This document shows positions 1-12,195 of a DNA stretch of 64,000 bases, one piece after another. The stretch covers positions 62,001-126,000 of the forward strand of contig QPGO01000109.1 in the NCBI GenBank assembly GCA_008632985.1, written 5' to 3'. The notes below the pieces were generated by a model. It searched no databases, had not been told where the DNA came from, and saw nothing but the letters and a program-made list of their open reading frames with translations. Source of the stretch: Psammoneis japonica (taxonomy: Eukaryota). Numbering within the stretch: the first letter of the stretch is position 1; each line of letters opens with the position of its first letter. The position numbers were made by a program, and so were the translations under genes.

Positions 1-2299
1 TCCGCCACTTCACCAGCTTCGCTCTTGAATGGAGCGATGGAGCCACTGGCCAGTGCTGCTCTGACTTTGGCACTGGAACGTCCAATCCCTTGGATGTTTC
101 TCTTCCATTTGCCACGGCATCCTTTGCATCACTTGTAAAGAGTGTCAAACCACTGTTTGGATCAAGACGTCCCCCAGCGGGTCGCGATCCATCAGAAGCC
201 GTACACTTGTGTCGGGCGTGCCAATCGTCAAGCAAGCTGATTCTCTTTTCCAGCGGATGCCTCCAAATGCGCATGTGTTCTGAGCAGTGCTTCCACCTGG
301 AAGAATGGATGATCTCATCCATTTCTGCATCCGTGTGCTTTTTGCCATTGAGAGTTCCATCCTTGAGGGCTTGCATCACTGCTTGGCGGTCCGACCACTC
401 GGTGCATGAAACTGTAGCTCGAAGGTCCCGAACTGCTTGATGACAGTCGACGTGGTCTTTTCGAAGTGTCTGTACAATACGGTGCATCCAGTGAAAGAGA
501 CCCAAACGGCATGCTGTGTAACCTCCAAATAACACCTTCCATGACGATGACTCATTCGGCCAAGTGTCGCTGCAATGGATTTTTGGACGCACGTTCTTTC
601 GCCTCGCGAACTGCTCGGCTGCGTGAGCAAAATCTTTTGCTTCCAACGTCGGTGTCAGACAAGCAACTCCAACCTGTCCCTTTTCGTTGCACACAGCAAA
701 CAGTCCTGCCGCCGCTCCACCACCTTTCTTTGCACAATTCTTGAGAATTTGAAAAGTGTGGTCAGAAGCCACGCTCATTGATGCTCCCACCATCTGGATC
801 AATCTTGCACATCTGGAGTGTGATGACGCATCAAGAGCTGTCAATTCCGATGCGCCAGATTCATCATAAAGATCAAGAATCGCAGAACCTGATGGACTGT
901 AGCTGCCAATCCACTCGTAGAAAGATGTCCAGTCACCTGATTCATCGTTGGCTCGTTGACAATGCTCTTTCTGGAGATCCTCGAAATAGGCAGCTCGCAT
1001 CTGGTGTAGCGTGTGAGAAAACTTATCGCCGTTTGTGTGCGTGACAAGAAAGGATTCAAATGGCCTTGTGGTTTCCCTTGTAAGGTGCCATTTGTTGGTT
1101 GCGCTGGCATGCTTTGGCTCAGTTGGATGCGATGATTGAAGGCTTTTTGGTAACTTGTGTAGCAGTCGACCGTCGTTGCCCTTGCATCGCGTCTTGCATT
1201 TGTTGCACTCACACCACATTGACACTGCCACATGAGTCTCACCGCTGATGCAACACATTGGCGTCGCCCCACCGTATCGAGTAAAGTCCATACGGTCATG
1301 AATCATCTCCCCGTCACACTCTCCGTCAATGCAGGAAATGTAGATGTTAGGACAATTCAGCTCCCAACAAACGATGCACATTGTCACACCCTGCAGCTGG
1401 TGGCAGCAACAATCAGGCGGTGAAGTGCAGTCATCCTTGGGAACTTGAAACAACATTGTGCCAGGCGGAAAGGTGCCATCCTTGACCTCCAGAATCTCTT
1501 TGAGCTCAGTGCTTTTTGCTGTGGCAACAGGATACGTGTTGCTGCCCTGATCAAATCTGGGCTTGACAGAATCCAACAGACAACTGATGAGAGCACTCAC
1601 TGCAGCCGGGCACTTTGTCTTCTCCTCCGAGTTCTCATGCTTTTTCACTCGTGCTCGAATCTCTTTTTTCAACGTCTCAACCGAGAATTTTGTATTCCTT
1701 GCGGCATCAAAAAGATTCGGGTTGCTTGCGACGGCAGAACTGGACGCTCCCAGATTCACGGGCTTGCAAAAGTTTGAATCACCGGGAGGAGGCAATGGAG
1801 CTCGACTGTTTGATTCTTTAATTTCAAAATGGTCTTCCATGGTAGAAACTCCTTTCTGTGGGGCGGCTGGGATCGTATTGTTCTTTTCATGGAGCTCTTT
1901 TTCCCGTCGCTCTGCATCTTTCGCAGCCGCGGTGACATTGATTTGCATGCATCGTTTCGAAAACTTGCACGTGGGATCGTGACCATGATGGCATGTAGGC
2001 CCATTCTCACACCTCTTGCATTTCTTTGTTCCGTCGTCTACTCTTGGCACCTTGCGCCCACTTAAATCGCTCTGTTGCGTGCGCTTCTTACGTGTCTGCG
2101 CTTGACTTTTGCTCGTTTTAATGGAGCCTTTGCGCTTCTGGGATTGAGTGCCCATGTTGATAAAGAAAGGATGCAGCTGCTGCTGTGTAGCCACTTTTAG
2201 TGGAGCTGATTCTTCTTCAATGTCGGTCATCATCGAAGCACCAGTAGAGATTGTACTTTTCTCTCTCGTGGGTTTTTTTTGTGAGAGAATTTTTCTCAT
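1..2299 (-). CDS. Putative DNA-transposon transposase-like protein (DUF6729-like); >=766 aa, runs off the window start
   Basis: Manual translation gives one uninterrupted minus-strand frame from ATG 2299 (alternative ATG ~2233) to position 2. It is absent from the ORF track because it has no stop in the window. Motifs: CxxC..HxxHxxxC, CNKC, ASDHTFQILKN, VCNEKGQV, IHCSDTWP, RLGLFHWMHRI. Family assignment is from motif recall only. Confidence 0.6.
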   Translation of the reverse strand, partial: MRKILSQKKPTREKSTISTGASMMTDIEEESAPLKVATQQQLHPFFINMGTQSQKRKGSIKTSKSQAQTRKKRTQQSDLSGRKVPRVDDGTKKCKRCENGPTCHHGHDPTCKFSKRCMQINVTAAAKDAERREKELHEKNNTIPAAPQKGVSTMEDHFEIKESNSRAPLPPPGDSNFCKPVNLGASSSAVASNPNLFDAARNTKFSVETLKKEIRARVKKHENSEEKTKCPAAVSALISCLLDSVKPRFDQGSNTYPVATAKSTELKEILEVKDGTFPPGTMLFQVPKDDCTSPPDCCCHQLQGVTMCIVCWELNCPNIYISCIDGECDGEMIHDRMDFTRYGGATPMCCISGETHVAVSMWCECNKCKTRCKGNDGRLLHKLPKSLQSSHPTEPKHASATNKWHLTRETTRPFESFLVTHTNGDKFSHTLHQMRAAYFEDLQKEHCQRANDESGDWTSFYEWIGSYSPSGSAILDLYDESGASELTALDASSHSRCARLIQMVGASMSVASDHTFQILKNCAKKGGGAAAGLFAVCNEKGQVGVACLTPTLEAKDFAHAAEQFARRKNVRPKIHCSDTWPNESSSWKVLFGGYTACRLGLFHWMHRIVQTLRKDHVDCHQAVRDLRATVSCTEWSDRQAVMQALKDGTLNGKKHTDAEMDEIIHSSRWKHCSEHMRIWRHPLEKRISLLDDWHARHKCTASDGSRPAGGRLDPNSGLTLFTSDAKDAVANGRETSKGLDVPVPKSEQHWPVAPSLHSRAKLVKWR

Positions 2300-3137
2300 C
2301 GCGACAGAAGTCTGTGTTGTTGTGTTTTTCCGTGGCGCGAAAAGAAGATGATTTCGGTCTCCGCATCATTTTGATTCTTGTGTCTGATTTTGGAGAGTTG
2401 TCTCAGCCTCCTCGTCTATAAATGATTGCGTCAGATTTTCCGAAAAAATGTTAATTAATTAGTCGGAAAGTCCTCGACTTTCCGAGGGCCCCCTATAAGT
2501 AGAAATCCCAAATGCTGAATTCTGATTGGCTCTCGTAGCGCCATTCCTAATCCTCGCAGCTAGAGTAGAAAGTGACATTTGCTGCCATCTTGGCATTTTG
2601 CTCTTCCACGACAATTTGCTGTCTTGTTGCATCTTCTCAATCAAATGCAACAAACAACTGAACCCCAACAATGCACCTTCTGACAAATGTGATGCCACAT
2701 GGCAAAAATGCAACAACAACTGCCGCTGCACCTGCAGTGCTCTGTTCACATTCACCGCAAACTTTTTTGACGCGCCTTGGTGGCAGTCTTCTCTGGACCA
2801 TCAACGCAAAAACTCTTCAGTCTGTGGGTGCACTTGAAAATCCCAGAAGATGCACCTGCCTTGCCGCTGTTGAAATGGAAAGTGTCATTGGTTTGCGCTG
2901 CTTTGGAAACAAACTTTTGGCATCTTCATCTTTTTCAGTTGGTGGCTGGGGCTCACCAGCTGATTCAATGGCTTGTTGAAAGTCATCGTCATCTGCTGCC
3001 ACAACATCTTTCTTGGTTCTCAGGATCAGCGCTGGAGTTGCATTCTGGTGAAGGTGCTCATGCATCAGCTCGATGGGGAAAGATCCTTCAAATGTTGGAT
3101 TGCACACATCTCACAAATGCATTTTTGACTTCTGAGT

Positions 3138-3382
3138 TGACAGGATTTGAGCAAGATTTTAGTTTGTCACACACAATTGTGTGCACTCTTAGTTCCGCAT
3201 GCGTCGCGCGATGTAGTTTGCTTTCGAGCCACAGAGCTCACAAGAATGACAACAGCAGCACCAACATCACGACACCAGTCTTTCGGCTCCTGCAACGGTC
3301 TCTGCACGGAGACTCATCTGCTGTTTAGACAGCAGCAAGGAGTCATTGTTTTCTTCCACCCAGTCATCTTCATTTTCTGTCA
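3138..3382 (+). repeat. 5' LTR of Copia element 1
   Basis: Direct repeat of 7668-7912 with TG...CA termini. Confidence 0.95.
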
Positions 3383-4171
3383 GATTGACAGTCTTGCTCT
3401 TTGTTGTCCATTGAGCGTTCATCATTGTTGGCGGTGGAAGTGTGTGCATCTACCTTCTTCACTGCTGGATGCTGGATTAAATCTGTGCATTTGGATTTAT
3501 CCGACACCTCCCATTGTTGGATGTGTTTGTTCAATGGATGTTTGTTTGGCCAGGAATTCCTGAAATCTCAGACATCCGAGATTCTGGATTCCTTGCAGCG
3601 GATCCTGCCAATGCATCCGCACGCGTTCACACGCACACAACATAAATCCCTGACTCTGGCTCTGCTCTGCACACACCAAGTCTGCTGCCACACATCTGCG
3701 CCAGATTGCTGGTCTTCTACAGCCCTGCAAGGTCCATGAGGAGGACAACTGTGAGAGGAAGCAATTCGTGATCACAGCCTGCGTTGGGGCGAGGGTGCAT
3801 TTCCTGTGTTTGTTCGTCCCTCCACAGCACCAAATTTGGCCGGCCTGATCAGGTCATCCAACTGACACAAAAATGAGAACGGTTCGGAGGTCTTGTCCAC
3901 CTCCAGCCAGCTTGTCAGCAGGGGTTTTTTACCCCATTGTTCCGCTCTCAAGCAACCCAAAGCGTCGCCAGCTGCGGGTTCGGACGTGCCGGCACAACTC
4001 TGCAGACCGGATGGGAAGCTTGGCACCCAACCACGAACGGGATGTCACAGCCCGGTGACTTCTGACTCTCAAGACAGTCCAAGACATCAAGCCAAGATTC
4101 AAGTGAAGTTTCAAGTCATTTCAAGCTCACCCTCCGACTCCAGCTGGTTCCGACACCCACCTGGTTGCAAC

Positions 4172-7100
4172 ATGGTTCTCACCAGGCAACAACAAATCAA
4201 TGGCCTCAAGCACATTCTAGGCACTGTTCTGAATCAAGCCGCAGACAGTCCATTGCACTCCGCTCTCAACATTGATGGAACCGTTTGCATCAGGACCTTT
4301 TCACTTTTACTCCGATGCAATTGGGCGCCCTTGTGTGCAACGACGGAACCAATCAAATGCCTTTGCCACGTGGCTACAAAGCACAGATGGCTGCATTGAT
4401 TAGCCTGCACACGGCAAAAGCACGCGGCAGCACGGATGTTGGCAATGACCCTCAATTGTTCACACAAGAGGAGTTCAACAACTGTTGTCTCAGTCCTGAG
4501 CATGTGGCATCCCTCTCCATGGGTGCAGCACCATCTGCTCCGACTCCTGGCTCATTGCCACCCAAACCACATGATCCCGTGCATGACTTTAAATGAGGCA
4601 TCAAATGTGGCCCACTTGCCTTCGCGCTTCTCAAGTCTGACAAACAGTGGCACACGTGGCACACCTCCATCATCGCACAGGCCCGCTCCCAAGACGTCAC
4701 ACGCACTCTTGACCCGACGCACAAGCCCTCCACAGCTGAGGACAAGGCCTTGTTTGCTGAACAACAGAAGCACATGTTCACCGCATTCGAACAGATCTTG
4801 CAGAATGACAAAGGCAAGGCTCTTGTTCGTCAACACGTCGGCTCCTCTGATGCTCAAGCGGTGTGTCGTGACCTTTCCAAGCATGCCCTTCTTGAAGACA
4901 ACATTTGCAACCGTGGTGCTCCGTCCAAGCTCATCAGTGATCATGCTCAGGTTGAGATCAGCAACAAGGTTCTCTGCATTTTCCATGCCCTCTTCATCTC
5001 TAGCTGGCAAAGCAAGCCCAATCAACAGCACCAGAATTTTGCTGAATGTTGCTGCCAAACTGTGAAGAACATGGCCAACACCATCATGGATTGCTTTGGA
5101 TCCCCAGCCTGCACCTGGCTCCTCACCATCATGTGCATCTGCTTTGTGCTCAACCACACATCTGCCAAGCTTCACTGGCACACTCCCACTGAAGTGCTGT
5201 CTGGCTCCACCCCTGACATCAGCCCCCTTCTCTGCTTTCAATGGTGGGAACCCATGTGCCACCACCTGGATGATTCCGGCTGGCCATCTGAATCCCGCGA
5301 GTCATGCGATTGCTTTGTCGGCATTGCCAAACACGTGGGTCATGAAATGACATTCAAAATTCTTTCTGCTGACACTCAGAAGATTCTTTGCCACTAAAAC
5401 GTGCATTCTGCCAAAAACCCATCCACTTCCAACTTGTGTCTTGACCCTCCTGATGGAAAATCTGCTGAACCCATCATCAAATCCCGACACGATTCCAAGG
5501 ATTCACCAGATGGGGAGGCAATCAGGATGTCCAAAATGCTGGTTTTTGACCCCGAGGACATCACTGGTCGCACCTTCCTCATGAAGCTGCAAGAGGACAG
5601 ACAACACAGCAGAGCCCGCATCATCAAGGCCATTGAAGACCATGACTGGGAAATTGGCAACAACCTGGAACTGGTCAAATTCATCTGCTCCATCAACAAC
5701 GATGAGTGCAAGGAAATCCTTGCCTGCAACAACATCATGCACCACATTGAGCAAGAAGATGAGGACTCCACTCTCTGGAAGTTCCGGCACATTGTTTCAC
5801 ATGAAGGACCATTGAGACCTCATGACCCCTCTTGGAAAGGCTCAAGCTGCAAAATCATGCTTCAATGGGAGAATGGGGAGATCACGTCCAAACCTCTTGC
5901 CATCATTGCCAAGGACATTCCCATCACCTGTGCCATCTGCACACGTGAACATGGTTTGCTTAAACCCAAAGGTTGGAAACACTTCTGAACTGCAGCCCCA
6001 ACCCAGAAGAAGCTGTTCTGCATGGCCAACCAAGCCAAGTTGCACTCCTTTTGCACCACGCCACGACACAAGTGCGGGTGTGAAGTGCCGCGGGACTGCA
6101 AGCATGCCATGGCCCTTGATGAGCGCAATGGCAACCACAAGTGGGGAGACACAACGGACCTCAAGATGACTCAGCTTGATGAGTGCGAGGTCTTCCACGA
6201 CTGCGGACACCACAAGGATTCCAGCGCCCCATCAGGACACAAGAAGATCCGGGCGCACCTTGTCTGCAACATCAAACATGACGGACGGCACAAGGCAAGG
6301 CTTGTTGCCGATGGACACCTCACAGACGTGCCCGTTGACAGCATCCATTCCGGAGAGTGTCTCTTCGTGGCCTGCAAATGATGATCTTCCTGGCCAAACT
6401 CAACGAACCAGAGACCTGGGCCACTGACATTTGCTGATTGCTTGCGTGCCGAAGGCTTCTTCCCATGCAAAGCCGAGCCCGACATCTGGCTGCGCAGGAA
6501 TGGTGACCACTGTGAACATGTGGCAGTGTGTGTGGATGACCTGGCCTTCACCATGAAGGACCCCCAGGCTTTTGCAGACACCCTCATGGAGAAATGCAAG
6601 TTCAAGCTCAAGGGCACTGGACCATTGGAGTTCCATCTTGGCTGCAACTTCACCCGTGACCCAGATGGCACTCTGTGTCTTGCTCCCCGCAAGCACATCA
6701 AGCACATGGTTGACAACTGCGCGCGCCTCTTTGGGGAGAAACCCCGCACTGATGTGCTTTCACCCCTTGACAAGGGTGACCACCCTGAGCTCGACACCTC
6801 CGAATTGCTCAAACCGGATGGCATCCACCAACTCCAATCCTTGATTGGATCCCTGCAATGGGCCGCATCTCTGGGTCACATTGACACTGCTGCGGCTGTC
6901 ATGTCCCTGTCTGGCTTCCGTGCAGTGCCCCGTCAAGGCCATCTAGACCGCGCCAAACGCATCTGTGGACAACTCTCCAAGATGCATCATGGCGCCCTCC
7001 GAGTGCACACCAAGGAGCCCGACTGTTCGGACCTCCCCAAGCCCGTGTGTGATTGGGCTCAATCCATGTGTGGGGAGGCAGAAGAGCTGCTCCCGCAAGA

Positions 7101-7680
7101 TGCGCCCGAGCCGCTTGGCAAGTTTGTCACCACCACGCACTGTGTTGATGCAAACTTGCTCCATTGCATGCTCGCTGGATGCTCTGTCACCGGCATCCTC
7201 CATTTCCTCAACAAGTTTCTGGCTGATTGGTTCTCTAAGAAACAAGCAACAGTCGAGACTGCTGCGCAAGGATCTGAGTTTGTTGCCACAAGGACATGTG
7301 TCGAGCAGATCATTGATCTGCTGCACATCACTTTGCGTCACCTTGGCATTCCCATTTGTGAAACATGCCACATGTTTGGGGACAACAAGTTGGCTGTGGA
7401 CAGCGCCACCATCCCGCACTCCAAGTTGCACAAGCGACACACTGCCCTCTCGTTCCATCATGTGCGTGAGGCGATTGCCTCTGGATTCCTTGAGTTTCAT
7501 TTTGTCGAAGGCTCCCGCAACCCGGCTGACATCCTCAGCAAGCATTGGGGTTGCTCCCAAGTCTGGAACCTCCTTCATCCTTCAATGTTTTGGAGCTTCG
7601 ACCCCGAGGCTTTCAACCAATCCAACTTTGAATCTGTCGCTGTTGACCCCTCAAGCAAACTGGGGAGTGACAGGATTTGA
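4172..7680 (+). pseudogene. gag-pol pseudogene (gag, partial integrase, partial RT, RNase H)
   Basis: MVLTRQQQ gag start; LISDHAQVE and PNQQHQNFAE integrase motifs; KHDGRHKARLVADGHLT; AVCVDDL (YVDD); HCVDANL, GSEF, MFGDN and NPADILSK RNase H motifs. Stops, frameshifts, and deletions of the protease and central RT. Confidence 0.9.
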
Positions 7681-7912
7681 ACAAGATTTTAGTTTGTCAC
7701 ACACAATTGTGTGTGCTCTTGGTTCTGTGCTCGTCGCACAATGCAGTTTGCTTTTGAGCCACAGAGCTCACAAGAATGACAACAGCAGCGCCAATGTCAC
7801 GACACCAGTCTTTCGGCTCCTGCAACGGTCTCTGCATGGAGACTCATCTGCTGTTTAGACAGCAGCAAGGAGTTGTTGTTTTCTTCCACCCAGTCATCTT
7901 CATTTTCTGTCA
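7668..7912 (+). repeat. 3' LTR of Copia element 1
   Basis: Direct repeat of 3138-3382, preceded by a polypurine tract. Confidence 0.95.
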
Positions 7913-10900
7913 TGGGTTGCTGTGGAAGAAAGGTGGGAGTGTGAGTTTGCCTTGTTCAGTGTTTTGAGGGAAAAATGAATGCTGCGCAGCAAGCCAGTTG
8001 GCAATGGCAACAATGCCATCATCCTCCAGCCTTTTTGCAGCATGCCCACAGCACTCGCTGCAAGTCACACTGCCATCAATCTCTTTTCCGCCTCCCCCCT
8101 TTGAGGTTGTCAAGTGCAGCCTGAAGCACTGCCATGATGCAAAGTGCACCATGCCAGATGGGTGCCTTTTCACACTCAGCATCTGGGCTCTTGTTGTCCT
8201 GGTCAGGCCACACCAACTTGTGGTCACATGGATGATTGACGACAGCAGACAAAATGTCAATGTGCCATCTTGCATGACTGTCTTTGCATCAACATGATCA
8301 GGGCAAACCAAGGTCAGTGCCAAAATGCTGGTGTGTGCTCATGTCAAATCCCAGCTGTCATGCTGTGTGCAGTTTGTCACCTCACAGAATCTGGCTCTTC
8401 AACTGACATCTCATCATCACTCATCTTTTTCTTCAAAAAAAAAATGTTGCTTCTTCTTTGCTCACTCTGCTTTGTCACTTTTGAGCATGCCTGGGTCATT
8501 GTCAGAAAATCCATGTGGCACTTCAGTGTGATCAAGTGCAGCTCTTCCAAATTTTGTCTTGGTGGCTCCATTTTGCAGCCACACTTCCACAGATTCATTG
8601 CCAGTTGATGGTTGACAGAAGTGCTGATGGGGGTTTCCAATGGTGACAAGAAGAAACATGTGTCGCCATCATTTTCTGCCCTTCTGGAGGCCACATGAGT
8701 GCTCTTTTTGTGCAAATGCACTTGACCAGTGACAATGTCGTTCTCCACCATCACATTTGAAACCCCGTTGATGCTGCCACACAGCTTCTTCAACTCTCTG
8801 CCACACAATTTGGGCTCCATCATTGACGATGTTGAATTTTCCTTCAATGCTCTGCCCACAGGTCCGCTGGCATCCATTGATTCTGAGCATGAGAATCAAG
8901 AAACAGGCGATGCATGTGTTTTGATGTGAACAATTTTTGGACATCAGACATGATGGGGTTTTGCAATTTGGCCCTCAGGTGGCTTTGCAGGTGGGTTGAA
9001 AAGGTGGGCACAGGTTGCAGTGCCAAAAGCCATTGACTTTCAAGAAGCTGTTGGCATCATCGTTGAGAGACTGGGCATCATGTGACAATGTGTCATTTGT
9101 TTGTTCCAACAAATGGGTGGATTTGAGTTGGAGTTAAGTCATGGGACTGTGGAATCTCCTCTTGCACATGACAAAATTGGGCTGGTGAAGCCGCAGTGGT
9201 GTGGCACTTCCCAGCATTCAAGGGAGCATTTGCCACACAACTTGTTGTTGTCACAATCACACAAGAACTTGCATGTGTTGGTTGTGTGTTGCATGCTGGC
9301 CATGGGCTGATTGAGGGTCTTTCTCATTTTCTTTGCAACCTCACAGGACAACCACCAATGGCGATGTTGTGTGGTGATGCCACAATCCAACAGAGGGCAA
9401 CAATTGACTTTGTGCACTGTCGCAGCAATGGCTTCACCCCAAAGACATTGTTTGGACATGAAAATTTGGCGAGAGCAGCTTTTGGTCAGAGTCGCAAGTG
9501 GCTGCCAAATGAGGCCAAACAATTTAAAAGTGGAGACAATGACACCATGACATTGAATTGGCAGCAAAGCAACTGGCAACCTAAAGAGCACACATTGGGA
9601 ATCCCTCTGCGCCACTTGAATTGTTTCCTGGATGAAAAAAGCCTCCGTTCCTGTCATGTTGGAAGGTGGAAGTCTCAAGCGATGAACAAAACTCGACACC
9701 GCTGCAACACTTCTTTTCTCTCAAGAATGCACCAAAAATGCCATCAAGGCCAGCGGTGCTGTCAAAATCAAACTGGCAAGTCCCCATTCCAATGAGGGAT
9801 TTTGCGCATTGTTTGGTGTTGCGTTCGACTGACTCTCACATGGCTGTTTGCAAAGATGCTGGGTTGGGCCATCCGATCTCTCATGCTCAATGCGCGCACA
9901 TGTTTTTCAATTCTTTGAGACTGGCCATTGCTTTGTGCTTGGCATTGTTGAGTCAATGCATGTCCATCTCCAGCTGTGCCACATTCAATGCTGTGTGTTG
10001 TTTGATGTGGCAGCAGCCACAGGCATGAATCATCTTGGAGCAGCATGAACATGATGCAGCCCCCCCCTTTTTTTCTGCAATGTTTTTGTCTGTGACAGCA
10101 TGGGTGGCAGTGTGTTCTCATTGTGTCCAAAAATGCATCATGAGAATCAATCACAACAGCCAGTGGTGCTTGTTGACATTTTTTGGAGGACTTGCCCTGA
10201 CAGCTGCGGGCTCACTTTACAGTTGGGTCATGCTGCAACAAACGGCATGCCCATGGTCACGTTCAGTTCTGCGTGCATGCCTCAACCCATGTGAGCAGAG
10301 AACATGTCATGGATGTGGGACAAGACAGTTTGACTGTTCAACAAAATTGTGCCGTCCAATCCACACAAAACAATCCTTGGTGATGAGAGCGCGGACTTGT
10401 CAGTGTTGCTGTGGGGGACATGCCTTCCTGCAGGACAGGGGTGGATCAGCCAGTGACTTTGCAATCCACCAAAGTCTGTGCCTTGTGGTGTTGTTGAGCA
10501 AAAACAAACAAAAAGAGGCCAAACTGAGAAAGGAGTGAACGCAGCATGCAGCATCTGAGGTGAGACAGGGCATGAGACCCTGCCAACAAGCATGTAAAAA
10601 GGCGAGCTTGGCAGCACCACATTCCCCTCCTCGGGCACAGCTGCCCTGGCTCAGGCTCACAGAAAGCAAAAAAATACTCTCCACCTAAATCCCGGGGCGA
10701 AAGACCCCTGCTCAACAATCTTCCAGCTCACGGCTTTATAAAAATGCGTAAGGTGCGGTGCAGCAGCATTTCCTTCGTTCTCCAGCAAGGCAGTTGTAGA
10801 TTTAAACTAGACGACAGTCTTACAGCTCTTTCTTGTTGGTCCTCAAATTCGCTACTGGTGTTCGTTCATGCCCCAGCAACTGGCCATTATTGTTTCGTTC

Positions 10901-11245
10901 CTACAATAGTTAGCTTCGTCTGGACGACAATGACGGGTATGAGCGACTATTTGACCCCTTCACAGCGGATATTGAGTTCATGAAGAGAGGGGATCTCTGG
11001 GCAGAATAGGTTGCAAGTAATGTTGTCTTATTCACTGGATTTTAGACCGCTCTCTCAAATGTACGGCAATAGAAAAATAACGATGATAACAGCAATGTAA
11101 AGGGCACACGAACTGAGATAAAAGAAAGTAAACTGTCTATAATTTACCTTTAAGGTTGTTCAAAGTGGTGACGTTAGAACCGTGCAAGTCCAAACAACCG
11201 TTGCGTATTGCTAGCAGGTGACGCCTACCGGCATTCGCATGCCTT

Positions 11246-11713
11246 TTAAGAGGATTCTTCGGGAGCGGCAGCAGCAACAGGGGCTGGCTTGGCACTCTTG
11301 TAAAGACCTGGGTAGGTCTTTTTGTAAGCTTCAAAGTTGGGAGCGTTAATATCGAGACGAGTCACGGGGCTCTTGCGCTCGAGAGTGAGACGTTTGATTG
11401 GTGGAAAACTGGAATTCATCTGGGTCCTGGCGTTGGTGAAACGAGCCATACGGGCGCTCTCGGCGGCAGGGGTCGGTGAACCAGTCTCCCACTGTTCGGT
11501 AGGATCGGAAACATTCTCCTGAGCCATGGTTCCTGCAATGGCTGCTCCGGGCAAGATCGATGCAACACCAAAAGCGGACATGGTCGACAAGAAGGCCTTG
11601 CGCGACGTCGGTTCAGCGTTCAAAGAAACCGACGCTTTTTGCTGCGAAGCAGCAGGGGCAAACGCAGTAGCGACTCCCAACGTGGAGATAACGGCGAGGA
11701 CAGAGAGCTTCAT
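11246..11713 (-). CDS. Small nucleus-encoded plastid protein, probably thylakoid-targeted; function not recognised (155 aa)
   Basis: Signal peptide plus ATAF-AP motif (MKLSVLAVISTLGVATAFAP), then an SRKAFL twin-basic motif and a hydrophobic stretch ending AIA. Confidence 0.8.
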   Translation of the reverse strand: MKLSVLAVISTLGVATAFAPAASQQKASVSLNAEPTSRKAFLSTMSAFGVASILPGAAIAGTMAQENVSDPTEQWETGSPTPAAESARMARFTNARTQMNSSFPPIKRLTLERKSPVTRLDINAPNFEAYKKTYPGLYKSAKPAPVAAAAPEESS

Positions 11714-12195
11714 AATGACTTTCTCACTAATATTGAGAGTTGAGGAGCAAAGAGTGAGGGTTTCAGAGACGATGAACAGCGACAAAATAATTCGAAAGCG
11801 GCTGCCGTTCCTTTCTTCATCGTTGCCTCACCTTGGTCGATGTCAAGATCGAGTGCGAAGATGATCAAATCTTTCGTGTTCAACTCGAGAGCAACGATAT
11901 ACCAATTTCAACGTGATTCTTACGTGCGTGGAGTATTTCTACTAAAAGCTACATACGATTACTGCTACACAAAAATGTACTGATTGACACGTCATTAATT
12001 TCCGTGACGGATTCCTGATTCCGTCAGCTGGAGGGCATTCACGAGCTCGAATTTATGTTTTAAGACGACATCGGTGACACTTCAACCACGAGCTCTTTCC
12101 CGTAGAAGAGTACTGAAATCTACACGTTTCATTCGAAAGCACATTCAACATGTCGACAATGGCGGATCCTGAAACAATTCTTTTCAGGGACGGAG

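Larger units (their letters stand above)
3138..7912 (+). mobile_element. Ty1/Copia LTR retrotransposon (CoDi-like), internally deleted and hypermutated
   Basis: 245-bp LTRs at 3138-3382 and 7668-7912 (TGACAG...CTGTCA), PPT aaactggggag before the 3' LTR, 5-bp TSD tgagt/tgggt, domain order gag-INT-RT-RNaseH. Confidence 0.95.
2560..10740 (-). mobile_element. Degenerate DNA transposon (IS630/Tc1-related YVDGHE-type transposase remnant), split by the Copia insertion at 3138-7912
   Basis: The minus-strand reading continues across the insertion (LPPFFHSN|EVKNAFV...IELMHEHLH...LSISTAARQVHLLG/FKCTHRLKSFCVDGPEK), resembling GFKY...K.FYVDGHE with Y->C. Frameshifted and TpA-depleted; outer boundaries approximate. 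Confidence 0.45.

Noticed and set aside
6442..7680. Alternative genetic code explaining Tyr->Cys/His
   Set aside because: Neighbouring genes use TAY for Tyr at conserved positions, and the change also affects non-coding LTRs and MITEs.
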